The position numbers and the translations under genes are program-made. Of a stretch of 64,000 bases of DNA, positions 24,901 through 34,796 are shown piece by piece. Source of the DNA: Eledone cirrhosa. Lineage: Eukaryota. Under the pieces are notes generated by a model. It had not been told where the DNA came from. It ran no database searches and saw nothing but the letters and a program-made list of their open reading frames with translations. Within the stretch, counting starts at the first letter, position 1. Each line of letters starts with the position of its first letter. Location: contig OZ024743.1 in the NCBI GenBank assembly GCA_964016885.1, forward strand, positions 277,326,001 through 277,390,000, given 5' to 3'.

Positions 24901-26100
24901 CGTTGTGATGGTTGTGGTTGGCGTTGTGGTTGTTGTGGTTGGCGTTGTGGTGGTTGTGGTTGGCGTTGTGGTTGTTGTGGTTGGCGTTGTGGTTGTTGTG
25001 GTTGACGTTGTGGTGGTTGTGGTTGGCGTTGTGGTGGTTGTGGTTGGCGTTGTGGTGGTTGTGTTTGGCGTTGTGGTTGTTGTGGTTGGCGTTGTGGTGG
25101 TTGTGGTTGGCGTTGTGGTGGTTGTGGTTGGCGTTGTGGTTGGCGTTGTGGTTGTTGTGGTTGGCGTTGGCGCGGTTGTGGTTGGCGTTGTGTTGCTTGT
25201 GGTTGGCGTTGTGGTTGTTGTGGTTGGCGTTCTGGTGGTTGTGGTTGGCGTTGTGGTGGTTGTGGTTGAGGTTGTGGTTGTTGCGGTTGGCGTTGTGGTT
25301 GGCGTTGTGGTTGTTGTGGTTGGCGTTTGCCCGGTTGTGGTTGGCGTTGTGTTGGTTGTGGTTGGCGTTGTGATGGTTGTGGTTGGCGTTGTGGTTGTTG
25401 TGGTTGGCGTTGTGGTTGGCGTTGTGGTCGTTTTGGTTGGCGTTGTGGTGGTTGTGGTTGGCGTTGGGGCGGTTGAGGTTGGCGTTGGCGCGGTTGTGGT
25501 TGGCGTTGTGGTTGTTGTGGTTGGCGTTGGGGTGGTTGTGGTTGGCGTAGCGGTTGTTGTGGTTGGCGTTGTGGTTGTTGTGGTTGGCGTTGGGGTGGTC
25601 GTGGTTGGCGTTGTGGTTGTTGTGGTTGGCGTTGGGGCGGATGTGGTTGGCGTTGGCGCGGTTGTGGTTGGCGTTGTGGTTGTTGTGGTTGGCGTTGGGG
25701 TGGTTGTGGTTGGCGTTGCGGTTGTTGTGGTTGGCGTTGTGGTTGTTGTGGTTGGCGTTGGGGTGGTTGTGGTTGGCGTTGGCGCGGTTGTGGTTGGCGT
25801 TGTGGTTGTTGTGGTTGGCGTTGGGGTGGTTGTGGTTGGCGTTGCGGTTGTTGTGGTTGGCGTTGTGGTTGTGGTTGGCGTTGTGGTGGTTGTGGTTGGC
25901 GTTGGCGCGGTTGTGGTTGGCGTTTTGGTTGTTGTGGTTGGCGTTGGGGTGGTTGTGTTTGGCGTTGGCGCGGTTGTGGTTGGCGTTATGGTTGTTGTGG
26001 TTGGCGTTGGGGTGGTTGTGGTTGGCGTTGTGGTTGTTGTGGTTGGCGTTGTGGTTGTTGTGGTTGGCGTTGTGGTGGTTGTCGTTGGCGTTGTGGTGGT
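1..26100. repeat. Giant 21-bp tandem array (CGTTGTGGTGGTTGTGGTTGG)n with 12- and 18-bp variants and kb-scale higher-order duplications; runs off the left edge
   Basis: Directly visible periodicity; plus strand almost entirely G/T; diagnostic variant units recur at ~0.47, ~1.85, ~2.0 and ~2.7-2.8 kb spacing. Confidence 0.98.
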
Positions 26101-26403
26101 TGTGCTTATTCTTGTTGAAGATAACGAGAAGATTGTTGACATTGTAGTTGCATTTGTTGCTCTTGTTGGTGATGATGGTGATGACCGTGATAGTGAGGAT
26201 GCTGTTAATGATGATGATGATGATGATGGTGGTGATAATGTTGATGAAGACGTCGACGACAGCGAAGAGGATGATGATGATGATGATAATGATGATGGAG
26301 ATGTTGATGATGACAACGACGGTACCATGGCCGATGATGACGACGACGACGACGACGACGGTGGCGCCATGGCCGACGATGACGACGACGACGACGGCGC
26401 CAT
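15958..26403 (-). CDS. Mucin-like PTS-repeat protein (probable giant exon): Ser-rich head, ~2,850 aa (PTTTTTT)n, short N/H segment, ~510 aa (QPQPPQR)n tail
   Basis: 3,481-aa ORF; Thr/Pro/Ser composition typical of O-glycosylated mucin domains; NAT/NTT sequons; length variants between 17.6 and 26.4 kb keep frame; frame stays open upstream to a TAA at 26491-26493. No vWD/CysD/SEA domain is visible and expression is unproven. Confidence 0.6.
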   Translation of the reverse strand: MAPSSSSSSSAMAPPSSSSSSSSSAMVPSLSSSTSPSSLSSSSSSSSLSSTSSSTLSPPSSSSSSLTASSLSRSSPSSPTRATNATTMSTIFSLSSTRISTTTTTPTTTTTTPTTTTTTPTTTTTTPTTTTPTPTTTTITPTTTAPTPNTTTPTPTTTTKTPTTTAPTPTTTTTTPTTTTTPTTTTATPTTTTPTPTTTTTTPTTTAPTPTTTTPTPTTTTTTPTTTTATPTTTTPTPTTTTTTPTTTAPTPTTSAPTPTTTTTTPTTTTPTPTTTTTTPTTTTATPTTTTPTPTTTTTTPTTTAPTPTSTAPTPTTTTTTPTKTTTTPTTTPTTTTTTPTTTITTPTTTNTTPTTTGQTPTTTTTTPTTTPTATTTTSTTTTTTPTTTTRTPTTTTTTPTTSNTTPTTTAPTPTTTTTTPTTTPTTTTTTPTTTTTTPTTTTTTPNTTTTTPTTTTTTPTTTTTTSTTTTTTPTTTTTTPTTTTTTPTTTTTTPTTTITTPTTTNTTPTTTAPKPTTTTTTPTTTPTTTTTSSTTTTTTPTTTTRTPTTTTTTPTTSNTTPTTTAPTPTTTTTTPTTTPTTTTTTPTTTTTTPNTTTTTPTTTTTTPTTTTTTLTTTTTTPTTTTTTPTTTTTTPTTITTTPTTTTTTPTTTTTTPTTTTTTPTTTTTTPTTTITTTTATTTTPTTTTTTPTTTTTTPTTTTRTPTTTTTTPTTTTTTLSTTTKTPTTTTTTPTTTTRTPTTTTTTPTTTTTTLTTTTTTPTTTTTTPTTTTTTLTATTTTPTTATTTPTTTTTTPTTTNTTPTTTTTTLTTTTTTPTTTTTTPTTTTTTPTRTTTTPTTTTTTPTTTTRTPTTTTTTPTTTTTTPTTTTTTPTTTTTTQTTTTRTPTTTTTTPTTTTTTPTTTTTTPTRTTTTPTTTTTTPTTTPTSTTKTPTTTTTRPTTTTTTPTTTTKMPTTTTTTPTSTTTTPTTTTTTPTTTATTTTTTPTTTTKTPTTTTKTPTTTTTTPTSTTTTPTTTTTTPTTTTKTPTTTTTTPTSTTTTPTTTTTTPITTTTPTTTITTPTTTTTTPTTTTTTPTTTTTTPTTTTKTPTTTTTRPTTTTTTPTTTTTTPTTTTTTPTTTTTTPTTTTTTPTTTTTRPTTTTTTPTTTTTTPTTTTTTPTTTTTTPTTTTKTPTTTTTRPTTTTTTPTTTTTTPTTTTTTPTTTTTRPTTTTTTPTTTTTTPITTTTRPTTTTTTPTTTTTTPTTTTTTPTTTTKTPTTTTKRPTTTTTKPTTTTTTPTTTTTTPTTTTTRPTTTTTTPTTTTTTPTTTTTRPTTTTTTPTTTTTTPTTTTTTPTTTTTTQTTTTKTPTTTTTRPTTTTTTPTTTTTTPTTTTTTPTRTTTRPTTTTTTPTTTTTTPTTTTKTPTTTTTRPTTTTTTPTTTTTTPTTTTTTPSTTTTRPTTTTTTLTTTTTTPTTTTTTPTTTTTTPTTTTTIPTTTTRTPTTTTTTPTTTTTTPTTTTTTPTRTTTTQTTTTRTPTTTTTTPTTTTTTPTTTTTTPTRTTTTPTTTTTTPTTTTTSTTKTPTTTTTTPTTTTTTPTTTTKMPTTTTTTPTSTTTTPTTTTTTPTTTTKTPTTTTTTPTSTTKTPTTTTTTPTSTTTTPTTTTTTPTTTTKTPTTTTTTPTSTTTTPTTTTTTPITTTTTPTTTITTPTTTTTTPTTTTTTPTTTTTTPTTTTKTPTTTTTRPTTTTTTPTTTTTTPTTTTTTPTTTTTTPTTTTTTPTTTTTRPTTTTTTPTTTTTTPTTTTTTPTTTTTTPTTTTKTPTTTTTRPTTTTTTPTTTTTTPTTTTTRPTTTTTTPTTTTTTPTTTTTRPNTTTTTPTTTTTTPTTTTTTPNTTTKTPTTTTKRPTTTTTKPTTTTTTPTTTTTRPTTTTITPTTTTTTPTTTTTRPTTTTTTPTTTTTTPTTTTTTPTTTTTTPTTTTTTPTTTTTRPTTTTTTPTTTTTTPTTTTTTPTTTTTRPTTTTTTPTTTTTTPTTTTKTPTTTTTRPTTTTTTPTTTTTTPTTTTTTPTTTTTRPTTTTTTPTTTTTTPTTTTTTPTTTTTTPTTTTTIPTPTTRTPTTTTTTPTTTTTTPTTTTTTPTRTTTTQTTTTRTPTTTTTTPTTTTTTPTTTTTTPTRTTTTPTTTTTTPTTTPTSTTKTPTTTTTTPTTTTTTPTTTTKMPTTTTTTPTSTTTTPTTTTTTPTTTTTTPTTTTKTPTTTTKTPTTTTTTPTSTTTTPTTTTTTPTTTTKTPTTTTTTPTSTTTTPTTTTTTPITTTTTPTTTITTPTTTTTRPTTTTTTPTTTTTTPTTTTTTPTTTTTTPTTTTKTPTTTTIRPTTTTTTPTTTTTTPTTTTTTPTTTTTTPTTTTTTPTTTTTRLTTTTTTPTTTTTTPTKTTTTPTTTTTTPTTTTKTPTTTTTRPTTITTTPTTTTTTPTTTTTTPTTTTTTPTTTTTRPNTTTTTPTTTTTTPTKTTTTPTTTTTTPTTTTKTPTTTTTRPTTTTTTPTTTTTTPTTTTTTPTTTTTRPTTTTTTPTTTTTTPTTTTTRPTTTTTTPTTTTTTPTTTTTTPTTTTKTPTTTTKRPTTTTTKPTTTTTTPTTTTTTPTTTTTRPTTTTTTPTTTTTTPTTTTTTPTTTTTTPTTTTITPTTTTTRPTTTTTTPTTTTTTPTTTTTTPTTTTTRPTTTTTTPTTTTITPTTTTTRPTTTTTTPTTTTTTPTTTTTTPTTTTTTPTTTTKTPTTTTTRPITTTTTPTTTTTTPTTTTTTPTTTTTRPTTTTTTPTTTTTTPTTTTKTPTTTTTRPTTTTTTATTTTTTPTTTTTRPTTTTTTPTTTTTTPTTTTTTPTTTTTTPATTTTIPTTTTTTPTTTTTTPTTTTTTPTTTTTSPTTTTTTPTTTTTTPNTTTTTPTTTGQTPTTTTTTPTTTTTTPTTYNHHANHNHHNAKHNHHNANHNHQNHQPQPPQRQPQQPQPQPQPPQRQPHIPQRQPQPPQRQPQQPQRQPQPPQRQPQPPQHQPQPPQRQPQQPQRQPQPPQRQQQPPQHQPQPPQRQPQPPQHQPQPPQRQPQPPKRQPQPPQGQPQPPQHQPQPPQRQPQPPQRQPQPPQHQPQPPQHQPQPPQGQPQPPQHQPQPPQRQPQPPQRQPQPPQHQPQPPKRQPQPPQGQPQPPQHQPQPPQGQPQPPQHQPQPPQHQPQPPQGQPQPPQHQPQPPQRQPQPPQHQPQPPKRQPQPPKGQPQPPQNQPQPPQRQPQPPQRQPQPPQGQPQPPQHQPQPPQRQPQPPQRQPQPPQHQPQPPKRQPQPPQGQPQPPQHQPQPPQRQPQPPQRQPQPPQGQPQPPQHQPQPPQHQPQPPQGQPQPPQHQPQPPQRQPQPPQGQPQPPQHQPQPPQRQPQPPQRQPQPPQHQPQPPKRQPQPPQGQPQPPQHQPQPPQRQPQPPQRQPQPPQGQPQPPQHQPQPPQHQPQPPKRQPQPPQGQP

Positions 26404-26469
26404 GGCCGACGATGCTGATGATGACGAAGATGATACTGATGACGAATCGATGCTGATGACTAAGACGAT

Positions 26470-26494
26470 GCTAATGCCGAAGACGAAGCATTAG
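26470..26494 (-). promoter_or_regulatory. Candidate 3' splice site for the mucin-like exon
   Basis: Minus strand reads CTAAT (branch-point-like)-gcttcgtcttcggcat-TAG|C; downstream frame gives IVLVISIDSSS... joined to the ORF. Confidence 0.35.
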
Positions 26495-26699
26495 AAACGT
26501 CCATGATATGTCTGCCAACCAGCAGTCTAAACTCTACTGTGATCTCCACTCTTCAGCAGCTTATATCTCGTTCAACGGTTTCTCACAAACACATTAAATT
26601 TGTTCCTTTGTCTGTTTTAGCTAGCACGGCCAAGGCCATGCTGGAGCACTCGTCTTGAGAGTTGAATGTTCTTTGTTGTTTGTGTCTTCTATATGTATG

Positions 26700-26823
26700 T
26701 CGGATAGAAAGCTTTATGGTATTCGTTCCGGCTTTCTTCTCTCTGGGTTCAAATCCCGCCGAGGTCAACTTTCATCCTTTCGAGGTCGATAAAAAAGTAC
26801 CAGTCTAGTACTGGGGTCGACTC
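26700..26823 (+). mobile_element. tRNA-derived SINE fragment (Deu/Nin-like core)
   Basis: B-box-like GGTTCAAATCC followed by TTTCATCCTTTCGAGGTCGATAAAAAAGTACCAG; homologous to other copies in the window. Confidence 0.8.
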
Positions 26824-27317
26824 TTCCTCTATATCCTTTTCTCATTTCCTCTCTCTCTCTTTCTTTCTCTGGAAGAAATCTACTGTACTCAGACCTTAAT
26901 AATTATGAAAACTTAATTAACAAAAAAAGTGAATTATTCTCAAACTGCCTTCATAAAGCTTTGTCTACATTCCAAGCCTCGCATAAAGTCAGGAAAAAAC
27001 AGTAAGCAACCAAGCCTGATTTTCGACGTACAGCATCAACTGTTGAACATATAAATCATAACGTCTTATAAAACTTTAATAATGATTTATCTTCTAATTA
27101 TAATGGAACTAATGTTTGACTGAATGACACTTGTTTGATAACTTGTTTACTGGATAGATATGCATAGCCTATGTTTTTTTGGGGGGGATATTTTAAACTT
27201 TGATTCAGATCTTTATTTTTCTATCTCTGTTTTAAATATATAGTTTAGATATCTAACCTGTAAATTTTACTAATTTTAATTTGAACTGTGGATCATTCAT
27301 GCGTTTACATTTTTTAT

Positions 27318-27338
27318 ATTTATATATATATATATATA

Positions 27339-27403
<65 letters not shown>
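27318..27403. repeat. (TA)n microsatellite
   Basis: Direct read. Confidence 0.95.
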
Positions 27404-27407
<4 letters not shown>

Positions 27408-27530
27408 ACTCATTTTGAGATGGTTTTTGAGGACTCAGAAAGTTGGTTTTGCGCTTTGCTTTTTTATGTATATTTGACAAACTATAATAGCAGACAAATA
27501 TTGGTTTATCTCTCTACTGAACTGGAGGTA

Positions 27531-27932
27531 AAGCTACTAACAATGTTTATAATCGCTATTTTTTATTAAATATATACCGTTTCATTAATATCTAGTATAT
27601 CTATGTATAGTTTGTGCAAATATCTTTATCTAGTGTAATAACATAATCGTAGTTACACATATAAAACTACTAACAAAGATTATAATCGTTATTTTTTATT
27701 AAATGTATACCGTTTCATACTTAGTATATCTCTAAATATAGTTTGTACAAATATCTTTATCTAGTATAATAACATAATCATAGTTACATTTGTATAAAAC
27801 TAATAACAATGAGTATAATTACTATTTTTATTAAATGTTTACCGTTTCATTAATACCTAGTACATCTATATATAGTTTTATACAAATATCTTTATCTAGG
27901 ATAATAACATAATCGTAGTTACATCTATATAA
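27531..27932. repeat. AT-rich tandem repeat, ~133 bp x3
   Basis: Recurring aaactactaacaa...accgtttcat...caaatatctttatctag...ataacataatcgtagttaca. Confidence 0.9.
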
Positions 27933-27966
27933 ATAATTTAAACACCCAAATGACATTATTATAAGT

Positions 27967-28117
27967 GTTTGGTTTTCCCTGGAAGGTCGAACTTATATAA
28001 TCATTTACTTAATATAATATATGAACTAATAATAAATTATAGTTTGGTTTTCCCTAGAAGGTCGAACTTATATAATCACTTACTTAATATAATATATAAA
28101 TAAATAATAAATTATAG
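27967..28117. repeat. Tandem repeat, ~75 bp x2
   Basis: gtttggttttccct(g/a)gaaggtcgaacttatataatca...aataataaattata occurs twice. Confidence 0.9.
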
Positions 28118-28415
28118 TCCTGGTATTATGATCAATACACACATATATATAAGTTTCTTTTATTTGCCACTAGGGCATCAAAAGTGGGACAAGTACAAAG
28201 GGGGGAGTTTACACAAAAAGGCGTCCTCAATAAGGAGGAGGCAATAACAAAATATAAAAATAAAATAAGATATAACAAAAAATAAAATTTTTAACAAAAT
28301 CCTCAATAGAGAGGAGGCGCCTTGGGGGGTCGCACACACCACCGAAAAAAGTGTGCAACCCTTTTCCTCAGGAGCACAGAGAGGGGGTGCTCCCTCGTTC
28401 CTTCCTCTTTTCCAC

Positions 28416-31400
28416 CTACAGGCTTATGTAAAGAGAAGGCCCATTCACACGGGCCATTCTCGCCACTTTCACCCACCTTTCATAAAAACGACTGGGGTGC
28501 AGCACCTCTCTCTCCATCCTGATCCTTCTTCCGAAATGATATCGGAAGAAACGGACCAGTTGTTGGCCAGAGAGAAAGGTGCCTGACCTCAGTCCTTTCA
28601 GACGCGTCCACCATACAACCTCTTTCGCCATGGCTATTACGCACAGAAACACCGCCTCTGCTTCATCTTTGAAGGGGGGAGGCGGCTTGATCATTACAAT
28701 AGACTCGGTGGTCAACCGGATCGGTCCCACCCTTGACAGCAGTTGTTCGACATAGCCCCACAGATCGGCTACGCCCGAGCAGTGTACCAATGCGTGTGCA
28801 ACGGTTTCCTCGTCGCACACGCATCTGGGACAGATCTTTTTGGCGGGGTCCCTACCCGGGCGCCCGTGTCTGTAGAGCCTTTCTCGAACGGGTAAAGCCC
28901 CTCGGTAGCACTGCCAGGCCAGGGACTTCTGGAAGTTGTCCATAGGTCCCGGGCTGAATGTCCTACCGAACAGGCCGGCCAGTTCGTCCTCCTCCATGTC
29001 TAGGGCTTCTCCGAGGGCGTCGTCGCACCTGCTGCGTACCAGCCCTCTATAGAATGTTGCGGTGGAGTCTCCACTGATAACCGGATCCGCCTGCCAGAGG
29101 GCGGTGAGCGCCTGGGCACACTCAGTGTGCCAGGCGCCCAGTTTTCTCGGTCTTTGCTTGACCCAGGATTGCAGCTCGGTGAGTGAGACGAGTCTGGGAA
29201 AGGTTCGTCTCACAAACGAGGCCCACACCGGTTGTCCGGTGAGGAATACGTAGAGGTGCCGTAGCCTTAATGCGTGTTTACGCATCATTAGCCACGGCAT
29301 CCCCAGCCCTCCTTTCGAAGGGTGTTGACAGCAGATGGATCTCCTCACCATAGGAGCCCGCCCCTTCCAAAGGAATTGGAAGAGCGCGCGCTCCATCTTG
29401 GTGAGGGTTTCCCTTGGGCAGGGCACTACGGTCAGGCGGTAGTAGATGACGGACGCTATATAAGTGTTCACCACCTCCGCCCGACCTTTCAGGGATAGTT
29501 TGCAACTGGCCCACTTCTGGGTCAGTGCAAACACCCTGTTCGTAACCTCCGCCCAGTTTTTCTCCACCTGGAGGTCCGGTCCGAACCAGACCCCGAGCAA
29601 CTTCACCGGGCCCTCCGTCCAGCGTCCGACGACGCCATCGGAGGGCATCGGTCTGCCCCTCCACGTGCCGAGTTGCAAACCGATCGACTTGTCCCGGTTC
29701 AGCTTAGCCCCTGTGAACTTTTCGTACTCCTCCAGTAAGGTGCCGACCACCTCGATTTCGGAGGCCGTCGACACCATTACTGTCACATCATCGGCGTAGG
29801 CTGACACCGCTTTCCGCAATCCCGGTTCCAAAGGGATGCCCTGCAACAACTCCAACTTCCGCAGTAGTGGCTCGAGAGTCAACACATACAGAAGGGAGGA
29901 GAGAGGGCACCCTTGTCGGATGGACCGCGCGATTTTGAACGGCTCCGAGAGGTAGCCGTTCACCTTGACCCTAGAGCAGATGCGGCTGCTGTGCATAGCA
30001 GTGATCCAGCCCCTGAAAACGGGTCCGAAGCCTGCCGCCGCTAGCACCGCATCCAGGTAACCATGGTCGACCCTATCGAACGCCTTAGATTGATCCAAGT
30101 TGATCAGAGCCCCACCAAAGCCGGGTTCGTTCCCAACCCTCTCTATGATGTATCGCATGAGGTGGAGGTTGTCATGGATGGACCTGGACGGGATAGCGCA
30201 TGTCTGCGCATCTCCCACCAGGTTGCCCACGACAAGCGCCAACCTCTTTGCTAGCACCTTGGCCAAAATCTGTAACTCTGTATTTAGCAGAGTTATGGGC
30301 CTGAAGTTACTTATTTCGTCCCCCTTGTTCTCGTCCTTCCTCACTAGCGTGACTACGCCCTTGGTCACAGTACAGGGAATTCTCCCGTTCTGTTGCCAGT
30401 TGCAGTAGACCGCCTCGAGGAGATCGGGGAACAAGTCCGGCATAGCTAGATATAATTCGTAAGGAAGACCATCGAGACCCGGGGATTTGCGTTTGCCGCA
30501 TTGGCCCAGCACGTCTTCTATCTCAGCGGCCGAAATCGGCTCCTCGCAAGACTTCGCCTCCCTGTCCGAGAGGCGCGGCAGGCCGTCGAGGTATGGACCG
30601 AAGTCCACGTTTCCAACCGGCTCCCCGCCCCTCCCGAACAGTCGGGCAAAGTGCCTTTGAAAGGCCTCACACATCTGCTTAGGCTCAAGAATCGCCCGTC
30701 CATCCAGGTCTCGCAAAGACCGGATGGTGGATTTAGTTCCACTGTTGGCCTCTGTCACGCGGGCCCAGCTAACAGCTTTGGCCCCCTCGTTCCCTAGAGC
30801 ACGTATTTTACTTCGGACAACGCAGCCTTCGTGCTTCGCGTCGAAAAACTGGCCCAAAGCCGTTCTCGATGCTAGCACTCTGGCCACGTCGCCGCTTCTA
30901 ATTGCCTCTTCTACTCTATCTATTAGCTCCCTTTCCTTCCTATTCCTATCCGCAGCTAGAACCTTACTAAATTCAATCGAGGCTACTCTAATCTCTCTCT
31001 TTAGAGATACCCACCACCTGCTGTTGACGATCGCTCCAGTCAACCGTTCCTTAACTAACGTACTAATCCGTTTCCTGTAGGCTCTACTTGCCGGCAAGGA
31101 CAAGTTGAGCTTCCAGTAACCGGGGCCCTGTCTATGCGTTCTATCAAGGTTGACCATGCAGGTCACCAACTTGTGGTCTGAATAGCCAACCATGAGCATT
31201 TCTGGACAACTTAAAAAGTCCCTGTCCTTATTTCTAACTAAAAATCTATCTAGGTACGATCTAGATGATCCGCTGCGATTTGACCAAGACCAGGTTGGCA
31301 CCGTCGGAAAATCTAGTCGAAATCTATCGGCCAGGTCAAATCGGCCGAGTAACCCCTTGAGGCTGTTGCACCCCTCTCTATCGGGACATGCCCCTGCATA

Positions 31401-31853
31401 GTCCCAACGTGCATCCAGGATACCATTCCAATCCCCCACTAAAAGCAGGGAACGGGACGTCCCTAGAAAAGACTCCAGACGCTGGAAAAAGTCGGGCCGC
31501 TCTGTCCCAAAAGGGGCATATGCGGCTATCAGCCTAAGGGCTCTACCTTCACCACTGCCAAGGTCCAGCACCACCAGTCGACCCCCTGGGTCCAAGTGAA
31601 CTATCTGTGTTGCAAGGCCCATATGTTTTTGCAGCAGAACGACAACCCCACCCCCACCTCCGGGCTGACAGAGAGATGCGTGCATCTCAAAGTCGTCAAA
31701 GGTGGGGGCTAGCTGTCGGATGCTGCTGATCCGGGCCTCGCAGATAACCATCACATTTATAGATTGTGACCTGAGGTCATTTAGAAGCATTGCTTGCTTC
31801 CAAGACGAGCCCAGACCACGCGCATTTAGACACCCTACTCTTAGCACAGCCAT
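28416..31853 (-). CDS. LINE ORF2: APE endonuclease, reverse transcriptase, C-terminal zinc finger
   Basis: Motifs CLNARGL, YAP, GDWN, YLDRFL, SDH (APE); KSPGLDG, FRPITLLN, DQSKAFDRVDH, RQGCPLS, YADD (RT); GGLG; CPRC...EETVAHALVHC. First ATG at 31853. Confidence 0.95.
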   Translation of the reverse strand: MAVLRVGCLNARGLGSSWKQAMLLNDLRSQSINVMVICEARISSIRQLAPTFDDFEMHASLCQPGGGGGVVVLLQKHMGLATQIVHLDPGGRLVVLDLGSGEGRALRLIAAYAPFGTERPDFFQRLESFLGTSRSLLLVGDWNGILDARWDYAGACPDREGCNSLKGLLGRFDLADRFRLDFPTVPTWSWSNRSGSSRSYLDRFLVRNKDRDFLSCPEMLMVGYSDHKLVTCMVNLDRTHRQGPGYWKLNLSLPASRAYRKRISTLVKERLTGAIVNSRWWVSLKREIRVASIEFSKVLAADRNRKERELIDRVEEAIRSGDVARVLASRTALGQFFDAKHEGCVVRSKIRALGNEGAKAVSWARVTEANSGTKSTIRSLRDLDGRAILEPKQMCEAFQRHFARLFGRGGEPVGNVDFGPYLDGLPRLSDREAKSCEEPISAAEIEDVLGQCGKRKSPGLDGLPYELYLAMPDLFPDLLEAVYCNWQQNGRIPCTVTKGVVTLVRKDENKGDEISNFRPITLLNTELQILAKVLAKRLALVVGNLVGDAQTCAIPSRSIHDNLHLMRYIIERVGNEPGFGGALINLDQSKAFDRVDHGYLDAVLAAAGFGPVFRGWITAMHSSRICSRVKVNGYLSEPFKIARSIRQGCPLSSLLYVLTLEPLLRKLELLQGIPLEPGLRKAVSAYADDVTVMVSTASEIEVVGTLLEEYEKFTGAKLNRDKSIGLQLGTWRGRPMPSDGVVGRWTEGPVKLLGVWFGPDLQVEKNWAEVTNRVFALTQKWASCKLSLKGRAEVVNTYIASVIYYRLTVVPCPRETLTKMERALFQFLWKGRAPMVRRSICCQHPSKGGLGMPWLMMRKHALRLRHLYVFLTGQPVWASFVRRTFPRLVSLTELQSWVKQRPRKLGAWHTECAQALTALWQADPVISGDSTATFYRGLVRSRCDDALGEALDMEEDELAGLFGRTFSPGPMDNFQKSLAWQCYRGALPVRERLYRHGRPGRDPAKKICPRCVCDEETVAHALVHCSGVADLWGYVEQLLSRVGPIRLTTESIVMIKPPPPFKDEAEAVFLCVIAMAKEVVWWTRLKGLRSGTFLSGQQLVRFFRYHFGRRIRMEREVLHPSRFYERWVKVARMARVNGPSLYISL

Positions 31854-31877
31854 GTTGGTGGTAAAGAGAAAAGGCAC

Positions 31878-33505
31878 TTACCTCTCTGCGTCCCGGGAAA
31901 CGGGCCGCTCAATTTCCATGCTGGTTGGGGATGGGTTGTTGGGTGGGGTTGTGGTTTGTGGAAGTGAAGGGGCATCGGTGTGTTGTGGGGTTGGGGTGTT
32001 TGTCGTTGAGTGGGTGTCTGGGTGGGGTGGGGGGGTGAAATTTTTTAGGAGGACGCGGTTGATTGGTTTGACGCAGGGGAGGCCCACGTCCTCCGTGAAA
32101 TTTATTTTCAGTGTTTTGTACAAGTGCATTGGGACTTTTATCATTTTCAAATGAGGTAGTCCCACAGCAGTTATAAAGTTTGGCCCTTCAGTTTGGACCG
32201 AAGGGTTTGCTGAAATTGTTTTCCGTAATTCTTTGTTGTCTGTGTTCATGTATGTGTATTGTAATGTCTTTTTTTGTGTAGCAGTTAGTGTTGTGTGACA
32301 GGGAGGGGTGGTTTGTGTGTAGTTTGTGTTCTCTTGGGGGGGATTAAAGTTAACATGTGTGTCTGTGGTGCGTCTCCTCTTCTTTCTTTTTACTTGTTGG
32401 AAGGGATCTTTTTCGTCTTGCGACGAAAGAGGTTCGTCTTCCTTGTTGGGTGGGAGGGGTATGTTTTCTGGTAGTGTTTGCGGTGTGCGTGTTTTTGTAT
32501 TTGTTTTGGGTGGGACAGTATTCTGTGTTATTTTTTCACGTGTTTGTTGTTGTTGTTGTTGTGGTGGTGGTGGTGGGGTTGTTGGTTTTTGTTGTTGTTG
32601 TGGTTGTTTTTGTTGTTGTAGTTGGGGTGGTGTTGGTGTTGGTAGCAGTGTTTTTTTCTGTGTGAGCTGGGGACAGGCAGCCCTCAGGTGACCTCTATTG
32701 CCACAGAGGTAACAGGAGGGACGCCTACCCTCCACAATAATGTTGAGGTGGGTACGGTCATCCAGCATGACGCGCTCAGGGATTTGGGCGATGCGTTCTG
32801 GCCTTATTTGGGTCAGAACTTCGAGGCTCGTTCCACTGAACGCGTCGCCGGATGCCTTCCCTATTGAGATGAGGTTGTCCTCGTCTAAATTGAGGAAACC
32901 TGTTAGTAACCACCAGTAGTTTATGTTTGGGGTGATGGTGGTTATCCATATCCTCTGGGTTTTTTTACCCATGTAGGTGGGGAAGAAGGTGTAGTGTGTG
33001 GACCGAATTGGCGACACAGAGTATTTTTTTGCCGCCAATTCGTCTTTCATCAATATGGATAAACTCCCATAGAGTTTATCCTTTTGTATGAAAGTGATGT
33101 CTCTCATCGCGTCTTTCAAGACTAACTGAGTTTCCGCTTGAGATGGTTGCGCTGGTTTCTTTGTTTTATTTAAAATTGTTCGGAATACGACAGTTCGTAA
33201 TTCCGTCTGTCTTTTTAGCTCCGGAGGTGAATGTATAGAAAACGATCCGTTTTCGCCAAAAGACACATATTTCTTGGCTTTTTCCAGCATTTCTTTTGCT
33301 TTTGAAATATCTTCCAGCACATAAGCGACTGATAATTTAGCCGTTTGTGCAAAAGATATTTTGTTTTCGTTTTGGGTATTAGTATTGTTTTGTTTCTCGT
33401 CGTTTGAGTTGTTTTCATCTTTGTTGTTGTTGTTGTTTTTCTCGTTTCGTGTGTGGATACTTGTGACGTTTGTGTTGTTGTTGTTTTTGTTGTCTTTATC
33501 GTTGC

Positions 33506-33549
<44 letters not shown>

Positions 33550-33722
33550 TCAAATTCTTGTGTAGTTGTGGCTACATCTAGTGGTCGGTCAACAGGTGAA
33601 GACAATTCTTCCTCTCTCTGACCTCTGCCTTTGGCATCTGCTGCTGTGACAGTGGCAGGGGGAAGCTGTGAGTATGACTTCCCCTTTCCTTCTTTGATTG
33701 ATGGTGAAGATGCTTCAGCCAT
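31878..33722 (-). CDS. LINE ORF1: gag-like nucleic-acid-binding protein
   Basis: CCHC knuckle CYLCGNRGHLRAAC; poly-Asn tract; Pro/Gln/Thr-rich region; basic KRKKRRR; ATG in AAAATGG context at 33722; lies directly upstream of ORF2. Confidence 0.88.
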
Positions 33723-33844
33723 TTTTCTCAAAATAGGGTTTTTCGAAGTTTTTCGAAAGATAAAATGTTCACAATACTATTTCGCCCAAAGGCGCAGAAT
33801 ATTTTGAGAGACCGACCAGATCAAAATTTGACCTGGCAGTCCCT

Positions 33845-33912
33845 CTACAAAATGATACAAAAATGAAAGTTTACAGTTTACAATTTCCGTATGAATTTAA
33901 ACAAAAACTTAC
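33845..33912 (-). other. Candidate 68-nt GT-AG intron in the LINE 5' UTR
   Basis: CG|GTAAGT...tttcatttttgtatcattttgtAG|A. Confidence 0.5.
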
Positions 33913-34537
33913 CGAGCGAGCTCAGCACATGTGTCCATCGTAGAGATAGATAGATAGATAGATATATATATAGCTGAAAACTCTGACCTCTTTAGGTTTA
34001 ATTATAAGACCTGTTAATACTTTAGGCACTATAACTATTTAACAATAAATTCTTGAATAGTTATAACTGTAAATATCTCATAAATTATATTATAGAAAAT
34101 GTTGTCAGTGTTATAAGTAATTTTGATTCTTTACCCTGAAATAACATAAATTAAATATTTTGAAAATCAACCGCCAAAACTATATATGATTATGTGTGTA
34201 TAAAGAAATTTGAGCATAAATTATTCCCCTTTGTCTCTCCCTCTCTTTAATTATCTGTCATTTGTCTTCTCAAGCTACATACTAAATAAGTTATAACTTC
34301 AGCTACGTCTTTCTCTATACTTTCCTCTAACGCATAGTTCTATAGTAGTATTTTAAATATAAAAACTTCATTAAGGCAATGTATTTCTTAAAATATATTA
34401 CTCACATTCTCTCTATTGATTCTATTACGTTTTCTGATGTTCTCAATATTAGGGTATAAATATTGAGTTTTCTCATAAGTTAATCACTACATTGATTAAA
34501 TCTTAACCATCTACCTTGTCAGGGTATGTCATGTATC

Positions 34538-34607
34538 ATTTTATTTTATCTGATGAGGACGTACTGTTGAACTTAATTCAGTACCTCTGAAATATGTAGA
34601 ATAAAAT
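34538..34607 (+). ncRNA. Minimal type I hammerhead ribozyme (Penelope-associated type)
   Basis: CTGATGA 34550-56; stem II gtactg/cagtac; GAAA 34589-92; short stem III tatg-TA; stem I attttatt/aataaaat. Confidence 0.75.
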
Positions 34608-34680
34608 TTAATTGATCACAAGAATATCTATTTTGTTAATATTTGAATTAATATATATATATATTTCTTTAGAAATACGA

Positions 34681-34713
<33 letters not shown>

Positions 34714-34752
34714 GTTTTTTTATTATATATATATATATATATAAATGTTTTT

Positions 34753-34790
<38 letters not shown>

Positions 34791-34796
34791 GTTTTT

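Larger units (their letters stand above)
28151..33942 (-). mobile_element. Apparently full-length L1/Tx1-clade non-LTR retrotransposon
   Basis: Two uninterrupted ORFs; AATAAA at 28159-28164 (minus strand); 5' end GATGGACACATGTGCTGAGCTC abuts a (GATA)n/(TA)n tract and the 3' end abuts (TA)n. Confidence 0.93.

Noticed and set aside
1-26100. Telomeric or CRISPR-like array
   Set aside because: There is no TTAGGG-type unit, no unique spacers and no cas genes, and the context is eukaryotic with a codon-phased unit.
1-26100. G-quadruplex array
   Set aside because: G runs are almost all GG, so only weak two-tier structures are possible; the skew is explained by Thr/Pro codons.
14-26494. Long plus-strand ORFs (poly-Val/Gly, Trp/Leu-rich, Cys/Gly-rich, Asp-rich tail)
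   Set aside because: These are antisense shadows of the stop-free 21-bp repeat. The compositions are implausible, and the minus-strand Thr/Pro/Ser frame matches a known protein class.
28322-33621. Small ORFs overlapping the LINE on other frames or strands
   Set aside because: They have no recognisable motifs and are expected by chance in GC-richer coding DNA.
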